Part shown: one piece after another, positions 47,903-57,032 of the stretch
How the letters are laid out: every line of letters starts with the position of its first letter
Numbering within the stretch: the stretch's first letter is position 1
The notes under the pieces: model-generated
Databases searched by the model: none
Told to the model about the DNA's origin: nothing
The model's input: the letters and a program-made list of their open reading frames with translations, nothing else
Program-made: the position numbers and the translations under genes
NCBI GenBank assembly: GCA_041483195.1
Contig: JBGPFC010000001.1
Location: 1-64,000 of the forward strand
Direction: 5' to 3'
Source of the DNA: Candidatus Eiseniibacteriota bacterium
GTDB lineage: Bacteria > Eisenbacteria > RBG-16-71-46
Length of the DNA: 64,000 nucleotides

Positions 47903-49999
47903 TCAGGGAGCTACCATGAGAACGTCTTGAATCTTGCGCACCCGGATACCAGAATCCGATCGCCTTCCTGTCCGGACATCGACAACGGCAAGCGCACCTT
48001 GTTCGAGGATCAGCACCCGATCGCGATCGAGCCAGCCGACGAACTCGGCATGCTCCGCGCGCCACAAGGTGGACGGGATCGGATCCAGGGCATCCACTTC
48101 CGCCACGGGAAGTTCGGCGAGACTCGCCTTGACCCGCCGCAGCTCGAGGCTATCCGGAGGCTCGTCGGCCGATGCATGCAGCGTTCCGTCACCACGGATC
48201 GTGAAACCGATCGCCCGCCGGTCGGGAGCGGGGGCGAGATTGTCGGTGAAGAAGCTCACGTCGCTGTGCTCGTTGTGATAGCGGGGCCACTCGTCGAAGA
48301 ACACGACTTGGACGCCTTGGCGGACGATCCACGACTGGTTGGAGTTCTCGTTCGACCACCCACAGCATGCGAAGTCTCCGATCGAACCGATCTGGGTCTC
48401 GCCTCGATCGAAGTAGAGCTGCGCTGAGCGCTCCCCTCTTGATCGCCAGCCCGCTTGAGTTCGGACGAACAGAGTGTTGGCGCCCTCGGCTTGCGCGACG
48501 GAGCCTTCGGATCGAGTCGCGCGTGGGACCATTCGATCAAGCACGAAGAAGCTGTCCACGACTCCGTTCGATGCCACGACCCCGGCCTCTTCGCACGGTT
48601 CGGTCAATGCGGCGACAGGGGACGGATTGTCCTCGCAGCGCTCGTAGGGCAGGTCGAAAATAGCGTGACGCGGCTTTAGGTCGAAGTCCGTCTCCTCGAA
48701 GCGTGCCGCGTTGTAGGCGCTGTCGACGTCCAGTGCGCCCTGCCAGGAGATCGTCGAGGTCTCCAGCAGGAACGCGCTGCTATCGGCGGCGCCCAGGTAC
48801 CACTTGCGATCGCATGAGCCGCGCAAGAGGTATGAAGCGTTGGGAGATCGTGTGCGCTGTCTCCAGCTCGCGCCGTCCCAGATCCACACGCTGTCCCGGG
48901 TGACGGGGATGAGCAGCTGTCCGCGCCGATTCACGAGAATTCGAGCCGGATCTACGAAGGCGAAGTCAGGTATTCCCACGCCGCCGAGGCGCTCGAGGGC
49001 GGCTGAGTACGCGACAAGGTGATTCGGCGCCTCCGCCACCCAGAGGCGAGCCTCGGTCGCTCGCGAGCCAACACCGACTTCATTGAACGAGTAGCCGACG
49101 CGCTGCAGAGTCGGCGGGGTCGCGTACCATTTGTGATTTCCGATCCGGACTCCGTACCGGAATAGGTGCGGCCTGAGGCCTCCGTCTGGTTCGGCTATGG
49201 CCTGACTAACAACGGAGACGATCACCACGCGCTTGTTCGGCCCGACACGGATGGTCGAGGGCTTGGTCGAAGCGGCCTTCGGGTAGAGCGCGAGCGGTTC
49301 CGGACCTGAGCGAGGTCGACCATCGCAAGCCTCAGGGCCGATCGCAGCGACCTCTCGCTCGATCAAGGCCCATTCGCGCACGCCCTGAGGAACTGCGGGT
49401 TCGAATTTGATCGCCCCGTTCCGGATACGTGGTTCCAGAGTCGCCGGGTACTCGATGCAGTCCACTCTCGAGGTCCCCTCGACGAATTGAGACTTCGAAG
49501 GATCCCAATCCAGAACCACCCAACCACTGCTGGCGATGGAATGCGGCGAAGCGAAATGGATGTACTGCCTTCTTTCGCAGGCGGCGGTTGACGCGCATGG
49601 CACCAGTTGTGCGGTCACGATCAGCATGAGACCGTCGCGCCATGGCGCGCTATCCACATGCAGGCGGGTGCATCGCAGGCCGAGGTTCGCGTCATACCAA
49701 GCGACTCCGCCCTGCGAGTTTGGAATCGAGATTCCCCGGTATTGACGGGGTTGCGCCTCGTCCTTCGCGCCTTCGCCACATGAGTCTCTGGTCCAAACGG
49801 CGCGAACGATCACCGAGTCCCCGCGGAACACGCCTCGCCAGATCGACCCGACCGCCTCTTCGGGCTCACCGGCCCAGCGCGTAGCGGAGGCAGGTGCGAT
49901 GAACGCCGACAGCGCAAGCAGACCGATCGCGACCCTCGTCCAGCGGACGAGTGGATCGAGAGAGGCGGATGAAGCGAATCGAAGTGGATCCACCCTCAC
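47903..49999 (-). CDS. Hypothetical exported protein (698 aa), only ORF on the ~2.5-kb segment between two HI0933 3'-end copies
   Basis: Long ORF with signal-like N-terminus and less GC-biased codons; no recognised family. Confidence 0.55.
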   Translation of the reverse strand: MRVDPLRFASSASLDPLVRWTRVAIGLLALSAFIAPASATRWAGEPEEAVGSIWRGVFRGDSVIVRAVWTRDSCGEGAKDEAQPRQYRGISIPNSQGGVAWYDANLGLRCTRLHVDSAPWRDGLMLIVTAQLVPCASTAACERRQYIHFASPHSIASSGWVVLDWDPSKSQFVEGTSRVDCIEYPATLEPRIRNGAIKFEPAVPQGVREWALIEREVAAIGPEACDGRPRSGPEPLALYPKAASTKPSTIRVGPNKRVVIVSVVSQAIAEPDGGLRPHLFRYGVRIGNHKWYATPPTLQRVGYSFNEVGVGSRATEARLWVAEAPNHLVAYSAALERLGGVGIPDFAFVDPARILVNRRGQLLIPVTRDSVWIWDGASWRQRTRSPNASYLLRGSCDRKWYLGAADSSAFLLETSTISWQGALDVDSAYNAARFEETDFDLKPRHAIFDLPYERCEDNPSPVAALTEPCEEAGVVASNGVVDSFFVLDRMVPRATRSEGSVAQAEGANTLFVRTQAGWRSRGERSAQLYFDRGETQIGSIGDFACCGWSNENSNQSWIVRQGVQVVFFDEWPRYHNEHSDVSFFTDNLAPAPDRRAIGFTIRGDGTLHASADEPPDSLELRRVKASLAELPVAEVDALDPIPSTLWRAEHAEFVGWLDRDRVLILEQGALAVVDVRTGRRSDSGIRVRKIQDVLMVAP

Positions 50000-50134
50000 A
50001 GTATCGTCCGCAGGCCCGCTCCAGCTGAGTGCGGTGCTCGGCCCGCTGGTCCCGCCCTCATTTGTGGCCGCACCTTCGCAGGCCGGCGGGAACAGGTTCT
50101 CGGACCCCGGTTCCCCATGGCTCGCGATCGCGCC

Positions 50135-51445
50135 TCACCGCCCCGCCGCCCTCCCCGCGACCGTTCCGCTCGACCAGCTCCACTGGAAGTTGAACCCCCC
50201 GAGCCGTCCCTCCACGTCGAGGATCTCCCCGCACAGGAACACGCCGCTCGCCTTGCGCGACTCGAGCGTGCTCGGATTCACTTCGTCCAGCGCGACGCCG
50301 CCCGCGGTCACCTCGGCCTTCTCGTAGCCGAGCGTTCCCGTCACCTGCATGGGACGCGCGATCACGAGCCGCAGCAGCGCCGCGCGCCGCGCGCGCTCCA
50401 CCTGCGCGAGCGCCGCGGCCGGGGTCACGCCGGCCTCCGAGCACAGCTCGCCCGCGAGCCGGTCGGGCAGCGCGCGTCCGAGGTAGCGCCGCACGCTCGC
50501 GCGCGGATCGCGCGAGGCCTCGAGCCACGATGCGAGCAGCGTCGCCTCGGTCTCATCCGGCAGGAAGCTCGTGCTCACGAGCCGCTCGCCCTCGCCCTCC
50601 GCGCGATGCCAGTGCCGCGACAGATCGAGCGCGGCGGGCCCGGAGTATCCGAAGTGGGTGAACAGGAACGAGCCGCGCGTCGCCGCGAGCTTGTGTCCCC
50701 CGGCACGCAGCGTGAGCGCGACCTCGAGCGTGACGCCCTGCAACTTCTCGCACAGCGGATCGCTCGAGGTGAGCGGCGTGAGCGCCGGCACCGGCGGCAC
50801 CAGCGTGTGGCCGAGCGACTCGGCGAGCGCGTAGCCGGTGCCGTCGCTCCCGGTGCGCGGAAACGAGAGCCCGCCGGTCGCGAGCACGATCGCGTCGGCC
50901 TCGATCCATTCGTCGGGCTCGATCGCGGGCAGCGGCCAGTGGGTCGCGCCCTGCGCCGCGACCGCCGCGCCGAACGCCGCGGCATCGCGCACGTTCTGGA
51001 TGCCGATCCGCCAGCGCGGCGGCACGATGCGCGGCGCCCGCTCGATCCGCACCGCGCGCGCGCCGCACCGGATCGTCACGCCCGCGCGCTCGCACGCCGC
51101 GAGCAACGCGTCGAGCACAGTGCGTGCTTCGTCGGTCTCTGGGAAGTACTTTCCGGTGGGCTCGAGCTTGAGCGCGACGCCCAGCGACTCGAGCCACGCG
51201 CGCGACGCCTCCGCGGGAAACGCCGCGAGGATGCGCCGCACCACCGCGCGCGAGCCGCCGTGGAAGTCGCGCTCGTCGACGCTCGCGTGCGTCACGTTGC
51301 AGCGGGTGCCGCCCGACATCAGGATCTTGAGCCCGGGCCTGGGGTGCGCGTTGAGCAGCGTGACGCGCGCGCCGGCCTCCGCCGCGCGCAAAGCTGCGGT
51401 GAATCCCGCGGCGCCCGCGCCCACCACGCATACCTCGCGGTTCAA
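50135..51445 (-). CDS. HI0933/YhiN/BaiN-family flavoprotein
   Basis: VVGAGAAG, KILMSGGTRCNVT, ATGG.SFP.TGSDGTGY, AEVTAGGV, GEILDV.G.LGGFNFQW. Confidence 0.92.
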   Translation of the reverse strand: MNREVCVVGAGAAGFTAALRAAEAGARVTLLNAHPRPGLKILMSGGTRCNVTHASVDERDFHGGSRAVVRRILAAFPAEASRAWLESLGVALKLEPTGKYFPETDEARTVLDALLAACERAGVTIRCGARAVRIERAPRIVPPRWRIGIQNVRDAAAFGAAVAAQGATHWPLPAIEPDEWIEADAIVLATGGLSFPRTGSDGTGYALAESLGHTLVPPVPALTPLTSSDPLCEKLQGVTLEVALTLRAGGHKLAATRGSFLFTHFGYSGPAALDLSRHWHRAEGEGERLVSTSFLPDETEATLLASWLEASRDPRASVRRYLGRALPDRLAGELCSEAGVTPAAALAQVERARRAALLRLVIARPMQVTGTLGYEKAEVTAGGVALDEVNPSTLESRKASGVFLCGEILDVEGRLGGFNFQWSWSSGTVAGRAAGR

Positions 51446-51455
51446 TGCCGCGCCC

Positions 51456-52298
51456 TCATCCGAGCGAGATGCACACGATGCTCGCGGCCGCGAGCGCGAG
51501 CCCGGCCTGCTGCGGCCTGCTCCAGCGTTCGCCGAACACCGCGCGCGCGAGCAGCGTGGTGGTGGCGGGCGACAGCGAGATGATGGTGCCGATCAGCGCC
51601 AGCGATCCGCGGTGGACGGCGATGAAGTAGGCGACGTTCGCGAGCGAATCGAGCAGTCCCGACACCAGCGTGGATCGCCGCGCGCCGGGCGGCGGCCACC
51701 ACGCGCCACGCCGCGCCGCGATCAGCGCGGCGAACAGCGCGATGGTCGAGAGCCGCGCCACGACCAGCGGCGCGAACCCGGCTCCGGGCGCGATGCGCCT
51801 GACCATGACCAGAAACCCGCCCAGCAGCACGCCCGAGGCGAGCGACACGCCGAGCACGCTGCGCGAAGCGGGGCTCGCGCCGCGCTCCGCGGCGGCCCCC
51901 GTGATGAGCAGCAGCGCGGGCGCGGCGAGCGCGATGCCGAGCAGCGCGAGCGCGGAGGGCCGCTCGCCGAACGCGAGGCCGAACACCAGCGGCACGGCGA
52001 GCATGCTCACCGAGATCACCGGGGCCGCGACGCTCACCGGGCCGATCGCGAGCGCGCGGTAGAGCAGCGCGACGCCGGTGCCGCCCGACAGACCGGCGGC
52101 CGCGCCCCAGAGGAGATCGGTCCGGCTCGCGGTGCCGGGGATGAACGCGGTCGCGATCGCGAGCGTGACCAGCCCGGCCAGGGCCGACACCAGCGTCACC
52201 GTGAAGGCGGATGCCCGCCGCGCGGCGAGCCCACCGAGAAAATCCGCGCCGCCGAACGCGACCGATGTGAGCGCGGCGAGCGCGTAGACCGGGTTCAT
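51456..52298 (-). CDS. EamA/DMT transporter
   Basis: FGGADFLGG, YRALAIGP, GERPS and GERWS in two repeats. Confidence 0.85.
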   Translation of the reverse strand: MNPVYALAALTSVAFGGADFLGGLAARRASAFTVTLVSALAGLVTLAIATAFIPGTASRTDLLWGAAAGLSGGTGVALLYRALAIGPVSVAAPVISVSMLAVPLVFGLAFGERPSALALLGIALAAPALLLITGAAAERGASPASRSVLGVSLASGVLLGGFLVMVRRIAPGAGFAPLVVARLSTIALFAALIAARRGAWWPPPGARRSTLVSGLLDSLANVAYFIAVHRGSLALIGTIISLSPATTTLLARAVFGERWSRPQQAGLALAAASIVCISLG

Positions 52299-53872
52299 GC
52301 GTTCGCGGGCCCGCCGCCGTGCGCCCCGCCACCGTGCGCCGCTCCCGTATCGCCATGCGCCGCGCGCCAGCCCCCGCCCTCGAGCGTGGCCTTCCCCTCG
52401 CGCTCGAGCTTCAGGAGATGCGCGAGCAGCGAGCGCTCGGCGTACGGCCACAGCTCGCGCGCCGTGTCGGCGTACGCGCGCTCGACCAGCGTCGCGATCT
52501 CCCGCGCCTCGGGCTCGAGCGCCGCGAGCACCTTCGCCTCGCGCTCGAGCCGATGGTGAATGAGCCAGCGGATGCGCCGCATCGCGCCGCCCTGCGGCGA
52601 GCCGTGGCCCGGGAACAGCGTCTCGACCGGCTCGGCGAGCAGGCGCTCGAGCGATGCGACGTAGTCGCGCATGTCGCCATCGGGCGGATCGATCATCACG
52701 GTGCCGCGCCCGCCGATGATGTGATCGCCGCTGAACAGCGAACGCGTGCGCGGATGAAGAAAGCAAAGTTGCCCGCGCGCGTGGCCGGGGGTGTGGAGCG
52801 CGCGCAGGCTCCAGTCGCCATCGCCCGGCGTGAGCGGAATCCAGTCGCCGTCGGCGAGCGTGAAGTCCAGCCTCAGGTGCTTCGCGGTCTCGGCGTGCGC
52901 CGCGACCTTCACGCGATAGCGCGCGCGCACGGCTTCGACCCCCGCGACGTGATCGGAGTGGTGATGCGTGAGCAGCACCAGCGCGAGCTTGCGGCGATCG
53001 CTCGCGAGCGAATCGATCAGGCCGAACAGCGCATCGAGCTCGGCGGGATCGTCGCTGCCGGGATCGATGAGCGCCATCTCCCGCTCGCCGACGAGATAGG
53101 CGTTGGTGTGGGTCGCGGGCGGCAGCGGCCGGGTGTGCATGGGGTGGAGCACGATCCCCCACTTCAGCTCGATGCGGCGCCCCGGGCCCGCCGCGTTCGC
53201 CGGCGCCGAGGCGAGGCACTCGCCGAGCGAGGCGAGCCCCGCGTCATCGAGCACGTGCGCCGCGCCCGCCGCGTGGGCGAGCGCGAGCAAGGTGTGCAGG
53301 ATCGGCGCGGCGAACGACGCCTCGCCCCGCTTCCAGCGCGCGATCGCCTCGCCGGGAGCGATCCACTCGCCGGAGGCGAGCTCGCCGGGGATGATCGATG
53401 GGCTCTGATCTCCGGGCACGCGCGCGAGGTAAAACGACGTGTCGAAGCGCTGGATCGCGAACGGCGGCGTCATCCAGCGCCCGGCGAACACCAGCCGGCG
53501 GGCGTCGAAGCGCCAGCCGTTCTCGCACGCGAGCGCATCGAACGTCGCCTCGCCCGCGAGCAGGCGATCGCGCGCCTCGGGCAGCGCGGCGAGCGATGCC
53601 GGCGCATCGAGCGCGAGCAGCACGCCGACCTCTTCGAACGCCTCGCGCACCGCGCACGCGCGCAGCAATCGTTCTTCTTCGGAGGCCGCGCCCCCGATCG
53701 CGAGCGCCCGATCCTCGGCGTTCACCTTGCCGCCCACGAACGCGTGGAAGCCCGGCATGTAGCCCACCGCGTCGCCGCGCTTGACCCAGAACGTCTCGAG
53801 GCCTAAGCCGGCGCCGCGAATCAGGACGATCGCGGCGGAGTCTTGAAAGCGGGGCTTGGTGTGCGGGGTCAT
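52295..53872 (-). CDS. NUDIX hydrolase fused to LACTB2-like metallo-beta-lactamase
   Basis: GGKV...AVREAFEEVG; THHHSDH, HTPGH, FSGD, PGHG. Confidence 0.85.
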   Translation of the reverse strand: MTPHTKPRFQDSAAIVLIRGAGLGLETFWVKRGDAVGYMPGFHAFVGGKVNAEDRALAIGGAASEEERLLRACAVREAFEEVGVLLALDAPASLAALPEARDRLLAGEATFDALACENGWRFDARRLVFAGRWMTPPFAIQRFDTSFYLARVPGDQSPSIIPGELASGEWIAPGEAIARWKRGEASFAAPILHTLLALAHAAGAAHVLDDAGLASLGECLASAPANAAGPGRRIELKWGIVLHPMHTRPLPPATHTNAYLVGEREMALIDPGSDDPAELDALFGLIDSLASDRRKLALVLLTHHHSDHVAGVEAVRARYRVKVAAHAETAKHLRLDFTLADGDWIPLTPGDGDWSLRALHTPGHARGQLCFLHPRTRSLFSGDHIIGGRGTVMIDPPDGDMRDYVASLERLLAEPVETLFPGHGSPQGGAMRRIRWLIHHRLEREAKVLAALEPEAREIATLVERAYADTARELWPYAERSLLAHLLKLEREGKATLEGGGWRAAHGDTGAAHGGGAHGGGPANA

Positions 53873-54036
53873 GAGAACGCGCAGCGTACCTTCTCACGGC
53901 GATCTGCGTGAAGGCGCCTTTCGAACCCCGTTCGAACGCGGGGGTGCGGCCGCATCCTCGCCGGGAGTAACATCAATGTGGCCCGGTGTCCTCCCCCGGT
54001 CGGTCCGGTGCCCCTGCCACCTCTCGGAGAGCCGCC

Positions 54037-56949
54037 ATGCCACGCCATCGCCCGCACCCGCATCCTCCGATCCTCGCCATCGCGTTGCTCGCGCTGATTC
54101 CGGCCATGGGGCGCTCCGCTTCCGCACCGGGCCCATCGACCGATCTGTCGCGCGCCGCCGCGCAGATCCCCGCGCCTCGCCCGCATTTCATTCCGGTCTC
54201 CGCCGCGGGGGCCGAGCTGATGCGTGCGGTTTGGGAAGCCGGCGGGCTGCGCGACAACCCGCATGCGCGCGCGGTGGTCGAGCGGATGCAGGCCGAGGAC
54301 AAGTCGGCGCTCTACCAGGAGGCGGCGGAGCCCGCGGCGATCGCGCCGCAGCCGATGCTGACCCCGTCGCTCGGGCCCGACGCGATCGCGAACAATCGCG
54401 CGCTCGCGATCTGCACGTGCTCCGGCCGGCCGATCAGCGAGGCCGAGCCGTCGATCGCGGCATGGGGGCCGTACGTGCTCGCGAGCTGGAACGACCGCCG
54501 CAGCGTCTGCTTCCCGCTCGGCACTCCGTCCCAGAGTCATGCCTACTCCCGCGACTATGGCGCGACCTTCCGCGAAGGCTCGCTGCTCTGGGGACCGGGA
54601 CCCACCGACGCGTTTCATGGCGATCCGACCGTGGCGGTCAACCGCAAGACCGGGGACTTCTACATCTCGGGCATCCTGCGCCGCGGCTCGACGTTCGTCG
54701 GCGTCACCGCGCTCCGCGGGCACTTCGGCCCGGACTCGTTCGTGATCGACACGCGCCGGGTGATCGCGATCGCCGCGGGCGGCGACTTTCTCGACAAGCC
54801 GTGGATGGCGGTGGATTCGCTCACCGGCCACGTGTACATCACGTGGACCAACTTCCCCGCCGACTTCACCACCCAGATCGAGCTGCAGCGCCTGGACGCG
54901 GATCTGAATCCGCTCGGGCCGCTCCAGGTGGTGCGCCACGAGCCGTATGGCTACTACGGCGTCCAGGGGAGCAACCCGACCGTGGGCCCCGACGGCATCC
55001 TGTACGTTCCGTACTCGGTGCTCTACGCCGACACGCTGGCGGCGGTGTGGAACGCCCCGAGCCACTTCGAGGTGGTGCGGTCCGACGATGGGGGCGCGAC
55101 CTTCGGTCCGCCCCACGTCATCGCGAACGCCTTCTACCATCCGGTCACCATCCCGCCCGGCTCGCAACGTGGATTCTGGGCGCAGCTGCTCGCGGTGGAC
55201 GTGGATCGCACCAACGGGGCGCACCGCGGGCGGATGTATGCGGTCTGGAGCGAGAGCCGCCCGCTCGGCGGCATGGTGGTCGGCCCCACGTCGGTGGTCG
55301 AGAAGGAGAACAACGGCTTCTTCGCATCCGCAACGCCCTTCACGCCGGGCCAGATGCTCCGCGGCACCATCAACAACGTGGAGAAGGACTTCTACAAGTT
55401 CACCGGAGTGCGCGGCCAGATCTTCTGGTGCTCGAGCGACTCGATCCAGCTGCTCTCGCTCCGCGTCCGCCTGATCTGCTCGGCCGACACCTCGACGCTC
55501 GCGAACTGGCACCTGCTGTACACGCGCGCGCCCAACGCGGGCGGCGGCGCCGTTTTCGCGTGCGGGCTGCCCTACAATGGCACCTACTACCTGCTGATCG
55601 AATCGCCGTTCGCGAACACCGGAGGCTATCGCTTCGGGACCGCCCTGGTGCCGGCCTCGCTCGGCGATCGCGCGCGCGGCATCAAGGACGAGTTCGTCTG
55701 CTACTCGGACGACGGCACGACGTGGAGCACGCCCGCGCGCCTCAACGACAACGACGGGTATTCCGACGGCTCGGAGCCGCAGGTGGTCGTGGACGGCCGC
55801 GGCCGCGTGCACACCTGCTGGCTCGACTGGCGCGACGATACGCAATGCGGCACCAGCTCCGGCGACTACGGGGCATCTTCCGGAGACGGCGGCGTCACGT
55901 GGGGCGCGAACCGGCGGCTGAGCGACGCCCCTTCGTTCTGGGGCGCGCTCGCGTCGTGCTCGGACAACGACCAGGGCGACTTCATGCAGATGGCCGCCTC
56001 GGGCGATCACGTGTACTCGGCGTTTCCCGACAGCCGGCTCGGCGATCCCGACGTGTTCGTCGATGCATCGACCTACGCGTCGACCGGCGCCTGCCCGGCG
56101 AACCAGCTGCTGGTCTCCGGCGACGACACCGTGCTCCAGTTCTCGCTATCGAACGGCGGCAACTTCGCGACGCCGCTCGCGTGGACGCTGAGCGACGACC
56201 GCGGCTGGCTCACCGGCGCCTCTCCAGCGACCTCGGGCTCTGCCGCGCTCGCGGCGAACGGCGGCACGATCATCATCTCGGCCACGTTCCATCCGCCCGG
56301 CGGGTGCAGCGGCGATTCGAGCGTCGTGCGATTCGTGACGAGCGATCCCTACATCCCGGGCCACGAGGAAGAGTGCAGCACGGTGCTGCGCTGCGGCACC
56401 ATCGTGCCGGCGCTGCTCGCGCTGGTCAGCCAGAAGGTCGCGGGCGATCGCGTCTCGCTGCTCTGGCACTCCGCGGACGGCGCGGGTACGCGCGCCACGA
56501 TCGAGCGCCGGGGCGCGAGCGAGGACTGGCTGGCGCGCGGGACCATCGCGGCCGATGCCGGCGGCAATTTCAGTTTCGAGGAAAGCGGCGTGCCGCCCGG
56601 CCGATATACCTATCGGATCCGGCCCGATGGCGCGGCGCTCGGCTCGTCGCCGAGCGAGGTGTGGGTCGAGGTGCCGGCGCTGGCGCTCGCGCTGCGCGGC
56701 ACGCGGCCCAATCCCGCGGGCGGGGGGCCGTTCATCGTCTCGTTCACGCTGCCCAGCGACGCGCCGGCGGTGCTCGACGTGCTGGATCTGGCGGGACGAA
56801 GGCTCGCCTCGCGCGCGGTCGGCGTGCTGGGCCCCGGCCCGCACGAGCTGCGCCTCTCGGAAGCCGAAACGCTCCCGGGCGGCGTTTACGTCATGCGGCT
56901 GCGGCAGAGCGCGATAGAAGTCGTGAGCAAGGCGGTAGTGGTGCGATAA
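54037..56949 (+). CDS. Secreted BNR/Asp-box (sialidase-like propeller) protein with PPC-like insert and T9SS-like tail
   Basis: SRDYGATF, SDDGGATF, SDDGTTW, SGDGGVTW; DKPWMAVD; EKENN...DFYKF; PNP...GVY. Confidence 0.85.
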   Translation: MPRHRPHPHPPILAIALLALIPAMGRSASAPGPSTDLSRAAAQIPAPRPHFIPVSAAGAELMRAVWEAGGLRDNPHARAVVERMQAEDKSALYQEAAEPAAIAPQPMLTPSLGPDAIANNRALAICTCSGRPISEAEPSIAAWGPYVLASWNDRRSVCFPLGTPSQSHAYSRDYGATFREGSLLWGPGPTDAFHGDPTVAVNRKTGDFYISGILRRGSTFVGVTALRGHFGPDSFVIDTRRVIAIAAGGDFLDKPWMAVDSLTGHVYITWTNFPADFTTQIELQRLDADLNPLGPLQVVRHEPYGYYGVQGSNPTVGPDGILYVPYSVLYADTLAAVWNAPSHFEVVRSDDGGATFGPPHVIANAFYHPVTIPPGSQRGFWAQLLAVDVDRTNGAHRGRMYAVWSESRPLGGMVVGPTSVVEKENNGFFASATPFTPGQMLRGTINNVEKDFYKFTGVRGQIFWCSSDSIQLLSLRVRLICSADTSTLANWHLLYTRAPNAGGGAVFACGLPYNGTYYLLIESPFANTGGYRFGTALVPASLGDRARGIKDEFVCYSDDGTTWSTPARLNDNDGYSDGSEPQVVVDGRGRVHTCWLDWRDDTQCGTSSGDYGASSGDGGVTWGANRRLSDAPSFWGALASCSDNDQGDFMQMAASGDHVYSAFPDSRLGDPDVFVDASTYASTGACPANQLLVSGDDTVLQFSLSNGGNFATPLAWTLSDDRGWLTGASPATSGSAALAANGGTIIISATFHPPGGCSGDSSVVRFVTSDPYIPGHEEECSTVLRCGTIVPALLALVSQKVAGDRVSLLWHSADGAGTRATIERRGASEDWLARGTIAADAGGNFSFEESGVPPGRYTYRIRPDGAALGSSPSEVWVEVPALALALRGTRPNPAGGGPFIVSFTLPSDAPAVLDVLDLAGRRLASRAVGVLGPGPHELRLSEAETLPGGVYVMRLRQSAIEVVSKAVVVR

Positions 56950-57032
56950 TCGATTTATCTTCGCCGAAGATCCCGCGCGTGGCTCGCACGAGCGACACGC
57001 GGGACCCGGTCGCCCTTCCCTCGGAGGTATCC

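Noticed and set aside
56970..57006. Intergenic hairpin as riboswitch or ncRNA
   Set aside because: Single GC-rich stem with no recognisable family features
53856..57032. N-terminal half of the 2156-aa ORF
   Set aside because: Arg-rich off-frame shadow of the Asp-box gene; the real gene starts near 57033 after a GGAGG RBS
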